From Bugula neritina (taxonomy: Eukaryota > Animalia > Bryozoa), in the NCBI GenBank assembly GCA_964035545.1, contig OZ037771.1:15657289-15721288 (forward strand): 64,000 nt of DNA, read 5' to 3'. Positions 30,001 to 41,719 of the stretch are shown one piece after another. How positions within the stretch are numbered: position 1 is the first letter of the stretch; each line of letters begins with the position of its first letter. The translations under genes and the position numbers were made by a program. Below the pieces are notes generated by a model, which was not told where the DNA came from, did no database searches, and was given only the letters and a program-made list of their open reading frames with translations.

Positions 30001-33000
30001 ACAGTATAATATAAGAGAGTATAATATAAGAGAGTATAATATAAGACAGTATAATATAAGAGAGTATAATATAAGAGAGTGTAATATAAGACAGTATAAT
30101 ATAAGACAGTATAATATAAGAGAGTATAATATAAGAGAGTATAATATAAGACAGTGTAATATAAGAGAGTGTAATATAAGACAGTATAATATAAGACAGT
30201 ATAATATAAGAGAGTATAATATAAGAGAGTATAATATAAGAGAGTATAATATAAGACAGTATAATATAAGAGAGTATAATATAAGACAGTATAATATAAG
30301 AGAGTATAATATAAGACAGTATAATATAAGAGAGTATAATATAAGAGAGTATAATATAAGAGAGTATAATATAAGACAGTATAATATAAGACAGTATAAT
30401 ATAAGAGAGTATAATATAAGAGAGTATAATATAAGACAGTATAATATAAGACAGTATAATATAAGAGAGTATAATATAAGAGAGTATAATATAAGAGAGT
30501 ATAATATAAGAGAGTATAATATAAGAGAGTATAATATAAGACAGTATAATATAAGACAGTATAATATAAGAGAGTATAATATAAGAGAGTATAATATAAG
30601 AGAGTATAATATAAGACAGTATAATATAAGAGAGTATAATATAAGAGAGTATAATATAAGACAGTATAATATAAGAGAGTATAATATAAGAGAGTATAAT
30701 ATAAGACAGTATAATATAAGAGAGTATAATATAAGAGAGTGTAATATAAGACAGTATAATATAAGACAGTATAATATAAGAGAGTATAATATAAGAGAGT
30801 ATAATATAAGACAGTATAATATAAGACAGTATAATATAAGAGAGTATAATATAAGAGAGTATAATATAAGAGAGTATAATATAAGACAGTATAATATAAG
30901 AGAGTATAATATAAGAGAGTATAATATAAGAGAGTATAATATAAGAGAGTATAATATAAGAGAGTATAATATAAGAGAGTGTAATATAAGAGAGTATAAT
31001 ATAAGAGAGTATAATATAAGACAGTATAATATAAGAGAGTATAATATAAGAGAGTATAATATAAGAGAGTATAATATAAGAGAGTATAATATAAGAGAGT
31101 ATAATATAAGAGAGTATAATATAAGAGAGTATAATATAAGAGAGTATAATATAAGAGAGTATAATATAAGAGAGTATAATATAAGAGAGTATAATATAAG
31201 AGAGTATAATATAAGAGAGTATAATATAAGAGAGTATAATATAAGACAGTATAATATAAGAGAGTATAATATAAGAGAGTATAATATAAGAGAGTATAAT
31301 ATAAGAGAGTATAATATAAGAGAGTATAATATAAGAGAGTGTAATATAAGAGAGTATAATATAAGAGAGTATAATATAAGACAGTATAATATAAGAGAGT
31401 ATAATATAAGAGAGTATAATATAAGACAGTATAATATAAGACAGTATAATATAAGAGAGTATAATATAAGAGAGTATAATATAAGAGAGTATAATATAAG
31501 ACAGTATAATATAAGAGAGTATAATATAAGAGAGTATAATATAAGAGAGTATAATATAAGAGAGTATAATATAAGACAGTATAATATAAGAGAGTATAAT
31601 ATAAGAGAGTATAATATAAGACAGTATAATATAAGACAGTATAATATAAGACAGTATAATATAAGAGAGTATAATATAAGAGAGTATAATATAAGAGAGT
31701 ATAATATAAGAGAGTATAATATAAGACAGTATAATATAAGACAGTATAATATAAGAGAGTATAATATAAGAGAGTATAATATGATATAAGATGATGTAAC
31801 AACTGCTCTCTCTTCACAGGTAATGAGGTCATACTTGACCCAGATATTTGATCCAATGAATTTATCAAGTAGCGGAAAGTCAGCAAAGAGACTCGGACCT
31901 CTGAAGATGCCGGCATCAGTGACACACGCAGTGAGTGTTTTCTATTTTGTATTACCTCGTGTCATATACTTACGACTATATATTGTACTGTAGTACTGTA
32001 CTGTAATACTGTACTGTAGTATTGTACTGTAGTACTGTACTGTAGTACTGTACTGTAGTACTGTACTGTAGTATTGTACTGTAGTATTGTACTGTAGTAC
32101 TGTACTGTAATACTGTACTGTAGTATTGTACTGTAGTACTGTACTGTAGTACTGTACTGTAGTACTGTACTGTAGTATTGTACTGTAGTATTGTACTGTA
32201 GTATTGTACTGTAATATTGTACTGTAGTACTGTACTGTAGTACTGTACTGTAGTACTGTACTGTAGTATTGTACTGTAGTATTGTACTGTAGTATTGTAC
32301 TGTAATATTGTACTGTAGTACTGTACTGTAGTACTGTACTGTAGTACTGTACTGTAGTACTGTACTGTAGTACTGTACTGTAGTATTGTACTGTAGTATT
32401 GTACTGTAGTACTGTACTGTAGTACTGTACTGTAGTATTGTACTGTAGTATTGTACTGTAGTATTGTACTGTAGTATTGTACTGTAGTACTGTACTGTAG
32501 TATTGTACTGTAGTACTGTACTGTAGTATTGTACTGTAATCTGACAGGATTTCGTGGAGGCTATAAATGCACTTCCTGAATTTGACAAGCCGTCTTACTT
32601 CAACTTGCCAGAGAACATTGAGAGAGCGAGTCAGCGTATAGTCAGCGGTCAGGTGATCTCCCAACTTCGTGTGTTGATGCGCGCTGATGCTAAGGCTAAC
32701 AAGTTTGATAAGGAACTCTGGCAAACTGAACTCAGCCCAATACTTAATCTCTGGAAGCGACTCAATCAGGTATATTCAATGCTGCAGTTACTTGTCAGTA
32801 TGTGTCATACAGGTGTCACACAGTTGGTACAATGTGTCACACAGGTGTCACACAATTGATACAAGGTGTCACACAGGTGTCACACAATTGATACAAGGTG
32901 TCACACAGGTGTCACACAGTTGGTACAAGGTGTCACACATGTGTCACACAATTGATACAAGGTGTCACACAGGTGTCTGCTATCACCTTGCAGGGTGCTC

Positions 33001-34372
33001 AACTCATTCAGATGAAGGTGACACTCCCCGGAGAGACATCAGCTGACTCTCCCATCAAGTCGTTCATCATGCTGGAGAGATTCAATGCTATCAAGTTGGT
33101 TCAGTCGATTCACCAGTCTCTCGCCTCCCTCAGCAAAGTCATACGTGGCACTCAACTTCTCACGAATGATGTGCAGAATCTGGCAGCTGCTCTCTTGACT
33201 CAAGAGGTAATATTCTTACTTATAGGTTTGAGCTGAAGTGTATTGCTAAGTATTGTGTTGTGAGTATAACTGGTGGTTGTATATTACTAAGTATTGTGTT
33301 GTGAGTATAACTGGTGGTTGTATATTACTAAGTATTGTGTTGTGAGTATAACTGGTGGTTGTATATTACTAAGTATTGTGTTGTGAGTATAACTGGTGGT
33401 TGTATATTACTAAGTATTGTGTTGTGAGTATAACTGGTGGTTGTGTATTACTAAGTATTGTGTTGTGAGTATAACTGGTGGTTGTATATTCTCTTTAGAC
33501 TCCTCAGAGTTGGTTGAGTAAGTGGGACGGGCCAGAGGACCCGATGCAGTACCTCCGCTCTCTGGTATCTCGGGCTGTGGCCCTTCAGGGTTGGGTGGAC
33601 AAAGTAGAGAGGAACTCTCTGCTCAATGAGCCGATATTCCTCAACGAGCTCTTTCACCCGGACACATTCCTCAACGCTCTGCGACAGCAGACAGCGCGGT
33701 ACGGTCTAGCTTCTAGTCGTGTGACTCACCACTGTCTCTACTTCTGCTGGTCTTCATTTCTTCTCTCTTTGCTTGCAGTGAGGTGAAGAGCTCAATGGAT
33801 AACCTCAAGTTTGCGTGTAGCTGGAAGGGGGGCATCACAGGCGCCCGCTATTTCTGTAAGCTCAGCGGACTACAGCTGGAGGGCTGCCTGTTTGACGGAG
33901 TAAGACTGAGTGAGAGTCAGCGGGACAGCCCAATCGTCACCACCATCCCGGACTGCACCGTAGCCTGGGTCCCCAAGGTCAGTATAGCCTGAGGTAGTGA
34001 AGTCAGTGTAGCCTGAGGTACTGAGGTCAGTATAGGCTGAGGTAGTGAGGTCAGTGTAGCCTGAGGTAGTGAGGTCAGTGTAGCCTGAGGTAGTGAGGTC
34101 AGTATAGCCTGAGGTAGTGAGGTCAGTATAGCCTGAGGTACTGAGATCAGTGTAGCCTGTGGTACTGAGGTCAGTATAGCCTGTGGTACTTTACCTTTTA
34201 GTGCTGTTTGTAGGAGCAGGCCGACATATACCCGCCCTCGGAGTCCATTTCTCTCCCCGTCTATTTCAGTGCTGACCGAGATCGCATTGTCACTCGAGTG
34301 ACGGTGCCCTGCGCTGGTTCCAGGGATACTTGGCTTCAGTGTGGAGCTGCTCTCTTTTTAAAGAGTGAATAA
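1..34372 (+). CDS. DYNC2H1: Cytoplasmic dynein 2 heavy chain 1, 5'-truncated by the window. Exons: 1-278, 654-877, 3367-3479, 3647-3861, 4027-4291, 4746-4953, 6170-6299, 6567-6722, 6862-7118, 7260-7374, 7468-7599, 8205-8356, 8739-8969, 9643-9818, 11402-11539, 11663-11895, 11984-12206, 13973-14115, 15083-15313, 15434-15571, 15928-16053, 16577-16725, 17104-17349, 17628-17724, 17928-18044, 18343-18594, 19823-19921, 20127-20245, 21310-21478, 22072-22210, 23257-23372, 23483-23703, 24039-24276, 26013-26342, 26647-27039, 27161-27331, 31820-31930, 32548-32769, 32994-33206, 33499-33698, 33779-33977, 34214-34372
   Basis: Exons join in frame through GT-AG introns. AAA1 GPAGTGKTE and [13 protein letters not shown]2 [11 protein letters not shown]3 [11 protein letters not shown]4 GTSGVGRR, stalk coiled coil and MTBD, and a C-terminus [13 protein letters not shown]...[13 protein letters not shown]. 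The degenerate AAA3/AAA4 loops and the C-terminus match dynein-2 rather than dynein-1 or axonemal dyneins. Confidence 0.96.
257..637. repeat. 34-bp intronic minisatellite seeded from the exon end and donor
   Basis: Unit TGTAGAATATCACAGTACTATGCTAGGTGTTATC; the first copy still matches the exon end. Confidence 0.9.
915..3141. repeat. 21-bp pyrimidine-rich minisatellite, followed by a 33-bp array at 3183-3358
   Basis: Unit CCTCATCATACTCTCCTGTCT. Confidence 0.95.
3844..3973. repeat. 40-bp tandem triplication of the exon end plus donor
   Basis: TTGGTTAATGAGAACCAG|GTGAGATTAGCCTGCTTTCTGA x3. Confidence 0.95.
4326..4700. repeat. 12-bp intronic repeat
   Basis: TAGTACTGTGTA with variants. Confidence 0.9.
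4969..6156. repeat. 12-bp intronic repeat
   Basis: ATTACAGTATAT. Confidence 0.95.
6321..6556. repeat. 19-bp intronic repeat
   Basis: CTATTAGAGTATTTCTATT. Confidence 0.9.
7621..8165. repeat. 13-bp intronic repeat
   Basis: TGCTACCTGTGTG. Confidence 0.95.
8380..8700. repeat. 21-bp intronic repeat
   Basis: TATACTCTATATCCTGTATTC. Confidence 0.9.
8965..9608. repeat. 20-bp intronic repeat containing CTCAG|GTAT
   Basis: ATACTATACTCAGGTATATG, about 30 copies. Confidence 0.95.
9832..11392. repeat. 15-bp intronic repeat with block duplications
   Basis: ATCCTC(A/T/G/C)TGTATAGT. Confidence 0.95.
12203..13946. repeat. 16-bp intronic repeat
   Basis: GTGTCAGCAGTATATA, starting at the AGCA|GTA junction. 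Confidence 0.95.
14103..15070. repeat. 32-bp donor-containing array
   Basis: CAGTATGTACAAG|GTAAGGTAACTCCTTCACA, about 30 copies. Confidence 0.95.
15557..15909. repeat. 43-bp junction-containing array
   Basis: CTGTTGCTATGCAG|GTGAAGGACTAAGGCTATAGATTGTTATA, about 8 copies. Confidence 0.95.
16064..16562. repeat. AGAGTAT(AT)n-type intronic repeat
   Basis: Variable 7-17 bp units. Confidence 0.85.
17350..17604. repeat. 35-bp array starting with the donor GTGAGT
   Basis: GTGAGTTAGAACTCGTAGAGTTACTAATAGTTAGT. Confidence 0.9.
17752..18277. repeat. 51-bp array (17752-17905) and 20-bp array (18049-18277) in consecutive introns
   Basis: CTGAATAGAAGTGAGAGGTAGATCAAGTGTAAG... x3; CATATAGTATAGTATATCAT. Confidence 0.9.
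18720..18740 (+). CDS. DYNC2H1: Candidate alternative 21-nt DYNC2H1 microexon (INQCSVG), phase 0/0
   Basis: TACTAAC branch point at 18669-18675, a UGC-containing pyrimidine tract, TAG acceptor at 18717-18719 and GTAAGA donor at 18741. It preserves frame and has no stop. Confidence 0.65.
18755..19680. repeat. 44-bp array (18755-19252) and 62-bp array (19433-19680) separated by unique sequence
   Basis: GATATACTCAAAGTATATACACAGTATACTGTATATACACTGTT; CACAGTGTTTGTAGTTATATATACAATACAAGGCG... Confidence 0.9.
19930..22054. repeat. Three intron-specific arrays: 20 bp (19930-20117), 24 bp (20335-21303), 18 bp (21522-22054)
   Basis: TACTGTATTATATGATAATA; GGTATGTACTGTATATAATATTAT; TAGTATACTGTTAGTACA. Confidence 0.93.
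22221..23256. repeat. About 16-bp acceptor-like array (14-18 bp variants)
   Basis: TTATACTCTCTCTCAG / TTATACTCTCTCACAG; the last copy is the real 3' splice site. Confidence 0.95.
23693..24023. repeat. 33-bp (then shorter) donor-containing array
   Basis: TATGTGTGTAG|GTAAGTGTAAGTAACTAGTATG. Confidence 0.93.
24314..25999. repeat. 16/12-bp strictly purine-pyrimidine alternating satellite
   Basis: GTACACATGTATATAC / GTACACATGTATGTAT / GTACACATGTAT. Confidence 0.95.
27370..31782. repeat. 15-bp satellite, 4.4 kb, the longest in the window
   Basis: TATAATATAAGA(G/C)AG. Confidence 0.97.
31982..34190. repeat. Intron-specific arrays: 13 bp (31982-32539), GTGTCACACA-based (32801-32976), 41 bp (33246-33490), 24 bp donor-containing (33976-34190)
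   Basis: TACTGTAGTACTG; CTAAGTATTGTGTTGTGAGTATAACTGGTGGTTGTATATTA; GAG|GTCAGTATAGCCTGAGGTAGT. Confidence 0.9.
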
Positions 34373-34384
34373 ATGTGTTCTACT

Positions 34385-34390
34385 AATAAA
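34385..34390 (+). promoter_or_regulatory. Polyadenylation signal AATAAA of DYNC2H1 (another overlaps the stop at 34368-34373)
   Basis: AATAAA just after the TAA stop, with T-rich sequence downstream. Confidence 0.55.
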
Positions 34391-34650
34391 TGCGGAGAAC
34401 TTGTAATGCATCCACTTTTTCATTTTATTGTTTTATGATTAGTTTTCAACATGTGTCTGCAGCATAAACTATTTGCCTTCTTATTGAATCTATTAGAGTG
34501 TTTCCGTCCTCTTATCAGCTGTGATACAACTTGAGTCCCACTTTACTGTGTGCTCTGTATTCTATTTCATTCTGATATGCTTTCTATTTTGTAGACATCA
34601 TCTCTTTATCCATAAATAAAAAATATAGTTGTTCTCTATGTTCATGTATT

Positions 34651-34868
34651 CTGTCACATAGCATCTTGTCACATAACCACCTGTCACACAACAATATGTC
34701 ACATAACCACCTGTCATACAACAATATGTCACATAACAATATGTCACAACAATATGTCACATTGCTACCTGTCACATAACAATATGTCACATAACCACCT
34801 GTCACACAACAATATGTCACACAACAATATGTCACATAACTACCTGTCACATAACCACCTGTCACATG
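34651..34868. repeat. 15-bp repeat downstream of DYNC2H1
   Basis: TGTCACATAAC(AATA/CACC). Confidence 0.85.
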
Positions 34869-35127
34869 TATCTGAAATATACATGTTGGTCTCACACGTC
34901 TCTCTAACATATAGTTGTGCACCATATACACTCTAATTGTCAAATTATGTTGGCACTTTTACAAAAAATATTTACGTGCTGTTACATAATATATATATAA
35001 TTTATTGCAGATTTCAATAGTGAAAAATACAAACCACTGAAAACCGGTTAGCAAATAGCAACTATTGTGTCATATTTCAGTAAGCAATTCATGTATCCTT
35101 CAAGGTAGATGGTTTCTAAATACTAAG

Positions 35128-35865
35128 TTAGGCGTTCATTGAACAGAATGTAGAAGAACATGGGTTATGGTGGTCATTTGGAGTTGAGGAATAGATATCT
35201 TTATACACCAAGTCATAGTTTGTGCTCCATGAACATCTCATTACCATAACTGGACGGGGAAAGCTTCTACAGTTATTCTTTCGTACTTTATAGACTTGGA
35301 TTTGTGTGGGCACACCAATCTCTGTGGGCATGTAGTCATCTGTCCAGTAAGGCTGGTAGGATCCACAGCTATACAGCAGAGGGCAAGTGCTTAGCATACT
35401 ATTGCCTGCATCTCCACTGAATCGGAACCATTGCATGCCGGGGTGAAGGTCACAAGCGTATCCGTAACTGGACCGTGAACCCCCTGGTTTGTAGTTGCTG
35501 CCATTGGCATCAGCTCTCCAAGACTGAGTCAAGTTTGTAGCTGTAGTGCATCCATCGACCTGTGGAGGGAGACCAGTTGTTTGCTGTCTCCCAGAAGCAG
35601 CAGTTGTTGTATTGAGCTTCATGCAGTCTATCAACTTACTGAAGAGCTGCTTGTAGGATTCCCTTGGCAACTCGTTACCGGGTGGCAACAGTCCCTCCAG
35701 TACTCCGGCATCGTATTCTGAGCATCTCAGTGGAAGGATTCTATTCAGTAACTCAATACCTTCCTTTAGCTTTTCTAGCCTTTTCTCTTCTGAGTCTACC
35801 ACAACAGCCGCTTTGGTTAGCAAAAGCAAGTTTGAGAAAAGGAGTAGAAGTGTAGATAGGTTCAT
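35128..35865 (-). CDS. Intronless secreted protein (245 aa) with a C-terminal UMOD/GP2/OIT3-like (D8C-type) cysteine-rich domain
   Basis: Non-repetitive ORF with a hydrophobic signal peptide MNLSTLLLLFSNLLLLTKA, a Thr-rich linker and the motif CD..GMQWFRFSGDAGNSMLSTCP..SCGSYQPYW. TATAAAA lies upstream and AATAAA downstream (35001-35006, minus strand). Confidence 0.8.
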   Translation of the reverse strand: MNLSTLLLLFSNLLLLTKAAVVVDSEEKRLEKLKEGIELLNRILPLRCSEYDAGVLEGLLPPGNELPRESYKQLFSKLIDCMKLNTTTAASGRQQTTGLPPQVDGCTTATNLTQSWRADANGSNYKPGGSRSSYGYACDLHPGMQWFRFSGDAGNSMLSTCPLLYSCGSYQPYWTDDYMPTEIGVPTQIQVYKVRKNNCRSFPRPVMVMRCSWSTNYDLVYKDIYSSTPNDHHNPCSSTFCSMNA

Positions 35866-35899
35866 GGTGTGAAGACTACACTTGTATGCACACGTATGA

Positions 35900-35906
35900 T
35901 TTTATA
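35900..35906 (-). promoter_or_regulatory. TATA box candidate for the secreted cysteine-rich gene
   Basis: TATAAAA on the minus strand, about 35-40 bp upstream of the ATG at 35865. Confidence 0.45.
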
Positions 35907-37966
35907 GTCAATAATAATATTAGCAGCTAATCTCTACTGAAGGCAGATAAGGAAGGCCCACTCTAGTTGAATGTTGCTGCTTATCAAATAGACCTGTGGG
36001 AGGGCCGCTTTACAAAAAGCTCTGATATTGTAGCCTGATTTCAACTCATCATGGAGTCGCAAAGCAAAGTATTATACTTATTTACTTAAAAAGTTTACAT
36101 AGTTGTCATTTTATCACTCGCAGTATTTGAATGAAAGTTAGTAGGCTATATGCAAGCAGATAATCGTATTCTTATCATCTGGTGACATTTATGTTGCAGA
36201 TATGATTGCATACATTTACTATCACTCTACTCCAAGTTTTGTAATATTAGAAATAAAATAATCTTCCTAAGTTGTAATAATTATCATATAATAGGCAATG
36301 CAGGTAAAATCTTGCTCACTTTTGTGACTGAGCATGAACACCTACATACAATTCCAAAAGCTATGGCAAGAGCTGCAAATACTGAACTATAATGTTAGGT
36401 GCCTCTGGTGCTTGTATTAGTAAACTACATTACATAGACTGAGTCCCTAAAGAGCTGTAACTTCCTGCAACTCCTGAGAATGAGCCGCAAGCTATAATGC
36501 ATAATGAAAGAAAAATAATTCAGCTACACCTCTGCTAATGCTTTTAATTTTTTATTTGAAACAAAAATAGATTGCAAGCTAACACAGTCTAGATTCAACA
36601 ATAGATATTTTCACTGACTGCAAACATTGACAGGCAACTCTTCATGAAACCAGTTTTATAGTGAAATCTTAAAATAAAGGTGTACAAATGCTGCAGCAGC
36701 TAATGGGATACAGTTACCCCATAATCCACCCAATATTACTTGAAAACATGGAGTTATTTACTCTATTATTTGAATTTCCGAGTCGCGGCCTAACTTATAA
36801 AACGCGGTATTAATTCAATTCTAATGGCTCGAAAGCTTAAAAGCAATTTAACCATCGATCCTGCTATCAAAATACAAACTCTTGCGTGGCAAATACTATG
36901 CTTTTCGTACCCACTATTATCTTACTTTTGAAATATCGTTCAACCGCTAAATTAAGTTATAGCGGTTGTTATAAATCCGTTTACTTCAACTTTTTTTAGA
37001 TTTTGTAAAGCCAGCTTTTTCACGAAGTCACTTCAGGAATACCGAATATGTAACTATGATTGACTAACTTTACATTTAAGTTATCATTGTAATTATCATT
37101 GTTTTACTTTTTCTAATTATTGACATACCTATTGTAATAAATTTCTCGTTTTATATTTTAACTCGGCGTAAAGAGTACCAACTCTAAGAGTTGGAATTGC
37201 AGTCGAGTTTCTATGTATTGTTTTACTTTTTGTAATTCAAATTGTTCTTGTATTTGACGTTGTAGTACTACACCTAGTACTAGCAGCACTTATCATTGAG
37301 TGATAGTCACATTTATTATTATTTAGTGGTGATTGAAAATATTGTTAGTATTATAATAACTATGCTAACAGTAATGAGTAATAGTATTACTATACTATTA
37401 CTATTACTATTAGTAGTACTAATTAATAGTATAACTATAAGTCATTATATCATTAATTATTTTTAATTATCCCTGTCTTAATATTGCAGCTGATTGCTTT
37501 TATTATCATGACATGGCTAGCACGAGCACTTTTACTTAGTTTTACAGCTATACTTGTTAGTTGTAAAATTAGTTATTAACCTCGAAACTAACTATAAATT
37601 TAATATCATTATTATTGTTAAATATTATTTTGTAACTATTGAGCTTTATTATTGAATTATAACAATTCCTGAAGATTTAAGTTGCATTTGTAAGCAACCC
37701 CAATGTTATTTGACATCAATCTTATTGATGTTTTTTTAAAGCAAAAATAAAACTAACATTGCTTGTAATTATCCCTGTAGACTGTACGTGCAAGGATCGG
37801 GCTCTTGGAGCTCTACCCGAATAGTTTCACAAATGGCCGATGACAACTAATAATATAATATATTTTAATGTCCATGTTGACGATTAGTCTGCATTGTCAT
37901 TATGATTTGCTCTATTTACAATCACTATTTATATCTTGTAGCTGCTGATCAGTTTAACAACTCGTG

Positions 37967-40900
37967 ATGTCCATTGTCTACCAGAAGAACAAGATGTGTG
38001 TGATGGACACATTGCGTTACTTCAACCATTCTCTTGGTACATAAGTACTACATGTTTGTATATAACTGCAAGCATCTGTATAAGTTCACAAGCATAGGTT
38101 TTACAGTTTAAAATGGCATTGTGTTTATTTTCAGAACTCATCAGTAATAGAAGTGGTTTGTCTTACCGACTTAAAGAGTGTTTGTTTGATGTAAAGTCAC
38201 AATACAGAATGAATTCTGCTCATGAAGCATTACTGAGTTCTGGTAGTATTTGCGATTCTGGAAACGTGAGAAAACGACGGAGAAAAAGGAAGTTGTCAGT
38301 AAGCCAAGTTAGTAGCTTTTAGTAGAAAAATCTGCATATAAGTTTTATACTTGAATAAGTGAGTATATAGCTTGTACTATATACTAGTAATATAGTATAC
38401 TTGTACTATATACTAGTAATATAGTATACTTGTACTATATACTAGTAATATAGTATACTTGTACTATATACTAGTAATATAGTATACTTGTACTATATAC
38501 TAGTAATATAGTATACTTGTACTATATACTAGTAATATAATATACTTGTACTATATACTAGTAATATAGTATACTTGTACTATATACTAGTAATATAATA
38601 TACTTGTACTATATACTAGTAATATACTTGTACTATATACTAGTAATATAATATACTTGTACTATATACTAGTAATATAATATACTTGTACTATATACTA
38701 GTAATATAGTATACTTGTACTATATACTAGTAATATAATATACTTGTACTATATACTAGTAATATACTTGTACTATATACTAGTAATATAGTCTACTTGT
38801 ACTATATACTAGTAATATAGTATACTTGTACTATATACTAGTAATATAGTATACTTGTACTATATACTAGTAATATACTTGTACTATATACTAGTAATAT
38901 ACTTGTACTATATACTAGTAATATAATATACTTGTACTATATACTAGTAATATAATATACTTGTGCTATATACTAGTAATGTAATATACTTGTACTATAT
39001 ACTAGTAATATAATATACTTGTACTATATACTAGTAATATAATATACTTGTGCTATATACTAGTAATGTAATATACTTGTACTATATACTAGTAATATAG
39101 TATACTTGTACTATATACTAGTGATATAGTATACTTGCATTACAGAGTAGTGATGTAGTGGAAAGAGAGGAAGAGATTACCAAAGCAATAACGTCTGCAA
39201 AGTTCTCTGGAATGTTCTCTGAGCCGCCTGTTGAAGAAGACAACAACAAATCAGCCTTGCAGCTTCTAGAGAGCCTTGGCTGTGATGGACTTCTGATCAG
39301 CTATAGCCTATTACCTCATGACTACACAGACGGGTTGCCCACAGTCGTGTTCAACTCTCAACAAGACATCAACTCCCAGGAAAACAGGCTATTCCACTGC
39401 CTGGTATCTGTCACTTCACCTCACACTTTGACTGTTGAATTAAATGGGAGGAAGTTTATACTTCTCCCTCAGTCCAGGTTTTTGATGTCGGACATTATGG
39501 GGCTGAATATTTACTCCGACAGTCTCACTGCAGCAGAGAGATTCCACTTTATAGTCATGGATCCCCCATGGCAGAATAAGTCCATTAAGAGAAAACGCGT
39601 GTGAGTAGAATATTGTGATTCACAGGGTATACTGTAATACGGTATACTGTAATACGGTATACTGTAATACGGTATACTGTAATAGTGTATACTACACACT
39701 GTAATAGTGTATACTATACACTGTAATAGCGTATACTACACACTATAATAGCGTATACTATACACTGTAATAGCGTATACTATACACTGTAATAGCGTAT
39801 ACTATACACTGTAATAGCGTATACTATACACTGTAATAGCGTATACTACACACTGTAATAGCGTATACTACACACTGTAATAGCGTATACTATACACTGT
39901 AATAGTGTATACTATACACTGTAATAGTGTATACTATTTACTGTAACAGATACAAGACGCTGTCCAATACCGACATACTGAATCTACCTATAAAACAACT
40001 GTCCACAGACCAGGCTATTCTAGCTCTTTGGTGTACAAACAAATCATCTCTCCGAGACTTCATTCTGCACACAATGCTACCCCGCTGGGGGTATAAACTA
40101 GCCTCGGTTTGGTATTGGTGCAAGGTGACCAGGAGTGGCGACCCTGTGGTGCCGAGAGACAAAGATAAGAAAACTTATGAGTCGCTGATAGTTGCCGTCA
40201 GATGCGAGAGAGAAATTCCTGATGAAGTAAAAGAGTCGACTATTTTCATCTCAATACCGTCCCTCGTGCACTCGGCTAAACCTCCAGTTATTGGTGAGTG
40301 GATATGGAGTATGTGTATATTACTAGTATATAGTATAATGGAGGTGTATATTACTAGTATATAGTATAATGGAGGTGTATATTACTAGTATATAGTATAA
40401 TGGAGGTGTATATTACTAGTATATAGTATAATGGAGGTGTATATTACTAGTATATAGTATAATGGAGGTGTATATTACTAGTATATAGTATAATGGAGGT
40501 GTATATTACTAGTATATAGTATAATGGAGGTGTATATTACTAGTATATAGTATAATGGAGGTGTATATTATTAATATATAGTATAATGGAGGTGTATATT
40601 ACTAGTATATAGTATAATGGAGCTGTTTATTACTAATATATAGTATAATGGAGGTGTATATTACTAGTATATGGTATAATGGAGGTATATATTACTAGTA
40701 TATAGTATAATGGAGGTGTATATTACTAGTATATAGTATAATGGAGGTGTATATTACTAGTATATAGTATAATGGAGGTGTATATTACTAGTATATAGTA
40801 TAATGGAGGTGTATATTACTAATATATAGTATAATGGAGGTGTATATTACTAGTATATAGTATAATGGAGGTGTATATTACTAGTATATAGTATAATGGA

Positions 40901-41679
40901 GGTGTATATTACTAGTATATAGTATAATGGAGGTGTATATTACTAATATATTGTGATATCCACAGATATGTTCAGGAAGTACCTGCCACAGGATGCCAGA
41001 TGTCTAGAGTTGTTTGCAAGGAACTTGCTGCCTCACTTTACTAGTTGGGGGAACGAAGTGAGTAGTAGTACTGAGTAGTAGTACTGTGAGTAGTAGTACT
41101 GTGAGTAGTATGTACTGTGAGTAGTAGTACTGTGAGTAGTAGTACTGTGAGTAGTTTGTACTGTGAGTAGTAGTACTGTGAGTAGTAGTACTGTGAGTAG
41201 TAGTACTGTGAGTAGTAGTACTGTGAGTAGTAGTACTGTGAGTAGTATGTACTGTAAGTAATAGTACTGTGAGGAGTAGTACTGAGTAGTAGTACTGTGA
41301 GTAGTATGTACTGAGTAGTAGTACTGTGAGTAGTAGTACTGTAAGTAGTAGTACTGTGAGTAATAGTACTGAGTAGTAGTACTGAGTAGTAGTACTGTGA
41401 GTAGTAGTACTGTGAGTAGTAGTACTGTAGGTAGTAGTACTGTGAGTAATAGTACTGAGTAGTAGTACTGAGTAGTAGTACTGTGAGTAGTAGTACTGAG
41501 TAGTAGTAGTACTGTGAGTAGTATGTGCTGTGAGTAGTAGTACTGTGAGTAGTAGTGCTGTGAGTATTTACCATGATTTATTGAAGGTACTGAAGTTACA
41601 AGATACAGATTATTACCTCTCTCTCTCTACTGAGTCCACCTCAACACCTTACATAACAAACACAGAAGAATCAATATAA
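37967..41679 (+). CDS. METTL4: METTL4-like N6-adenine methyltransferase (MT-A70 family). Exons: 37967-38036, 38135-38307, 39146-39600, 39950-40293, 40966-41057, 41587-41679
   Basis: N-terminus MSIVYQ..., basic NLS-like RKRRRKRK, catalytic IVMDPPWQNKSIKRK (GAT at 39560), WYWCKVT..G, SIPSLVHSAKPP and CLELFARNLLP.FTSWGNEVLK. All junctions are GT-AG and in frame. Confidence 0.92.
38365..41566. repeat. METTL4 intron arrays: 29 bp (38365-39137), 22 bp (39627-39936), 31 bp (40313-40950), 15 bp donor-containing (41058-41566)
   Basis: CTTGTACTATATACTAGTAATATAGTATA; CACTGTAATAGCGTATACTATA; GTGTATATTACTAGTATATAGTATAATGGAG; GTGAGTAGTAGTACT. Confidence 0.93.
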
Positions 41680-41719
41680 AAATAATCTCTTTAAGGATGC
41701 ACTTTGCGCAGTTGATAGC

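Noticed and set aside
27291-31925. 1544-aa and 1375-aa ORFs (YYTLL / YNIRE repeats)
   Set aside because: Translations of a stop-free 15-bp intronic satellite lying between in-frame dynein exons.
36755-37050. Possible DNA transposon relic (CGCGGCCTAACTTATAAAACGCGG)
   Set aside because: No matching second terminus or TSD found.
38113-38322. ORF-track ATG at 38113 as the METTL4 start
   Set aside because: It lies in an intron; the exon at 37967-38036 supplies a METTL4-like N-terminus and splices in frame to 38135.
37967-41679. Functional link between METTL4 (U2 snRNA / adenine methylation) and the splice-decoy arrays
   Set aside because: METTL4 is a broadly conserved gene; adjacency in a eukaryotic genome is not evidence of a shared system.
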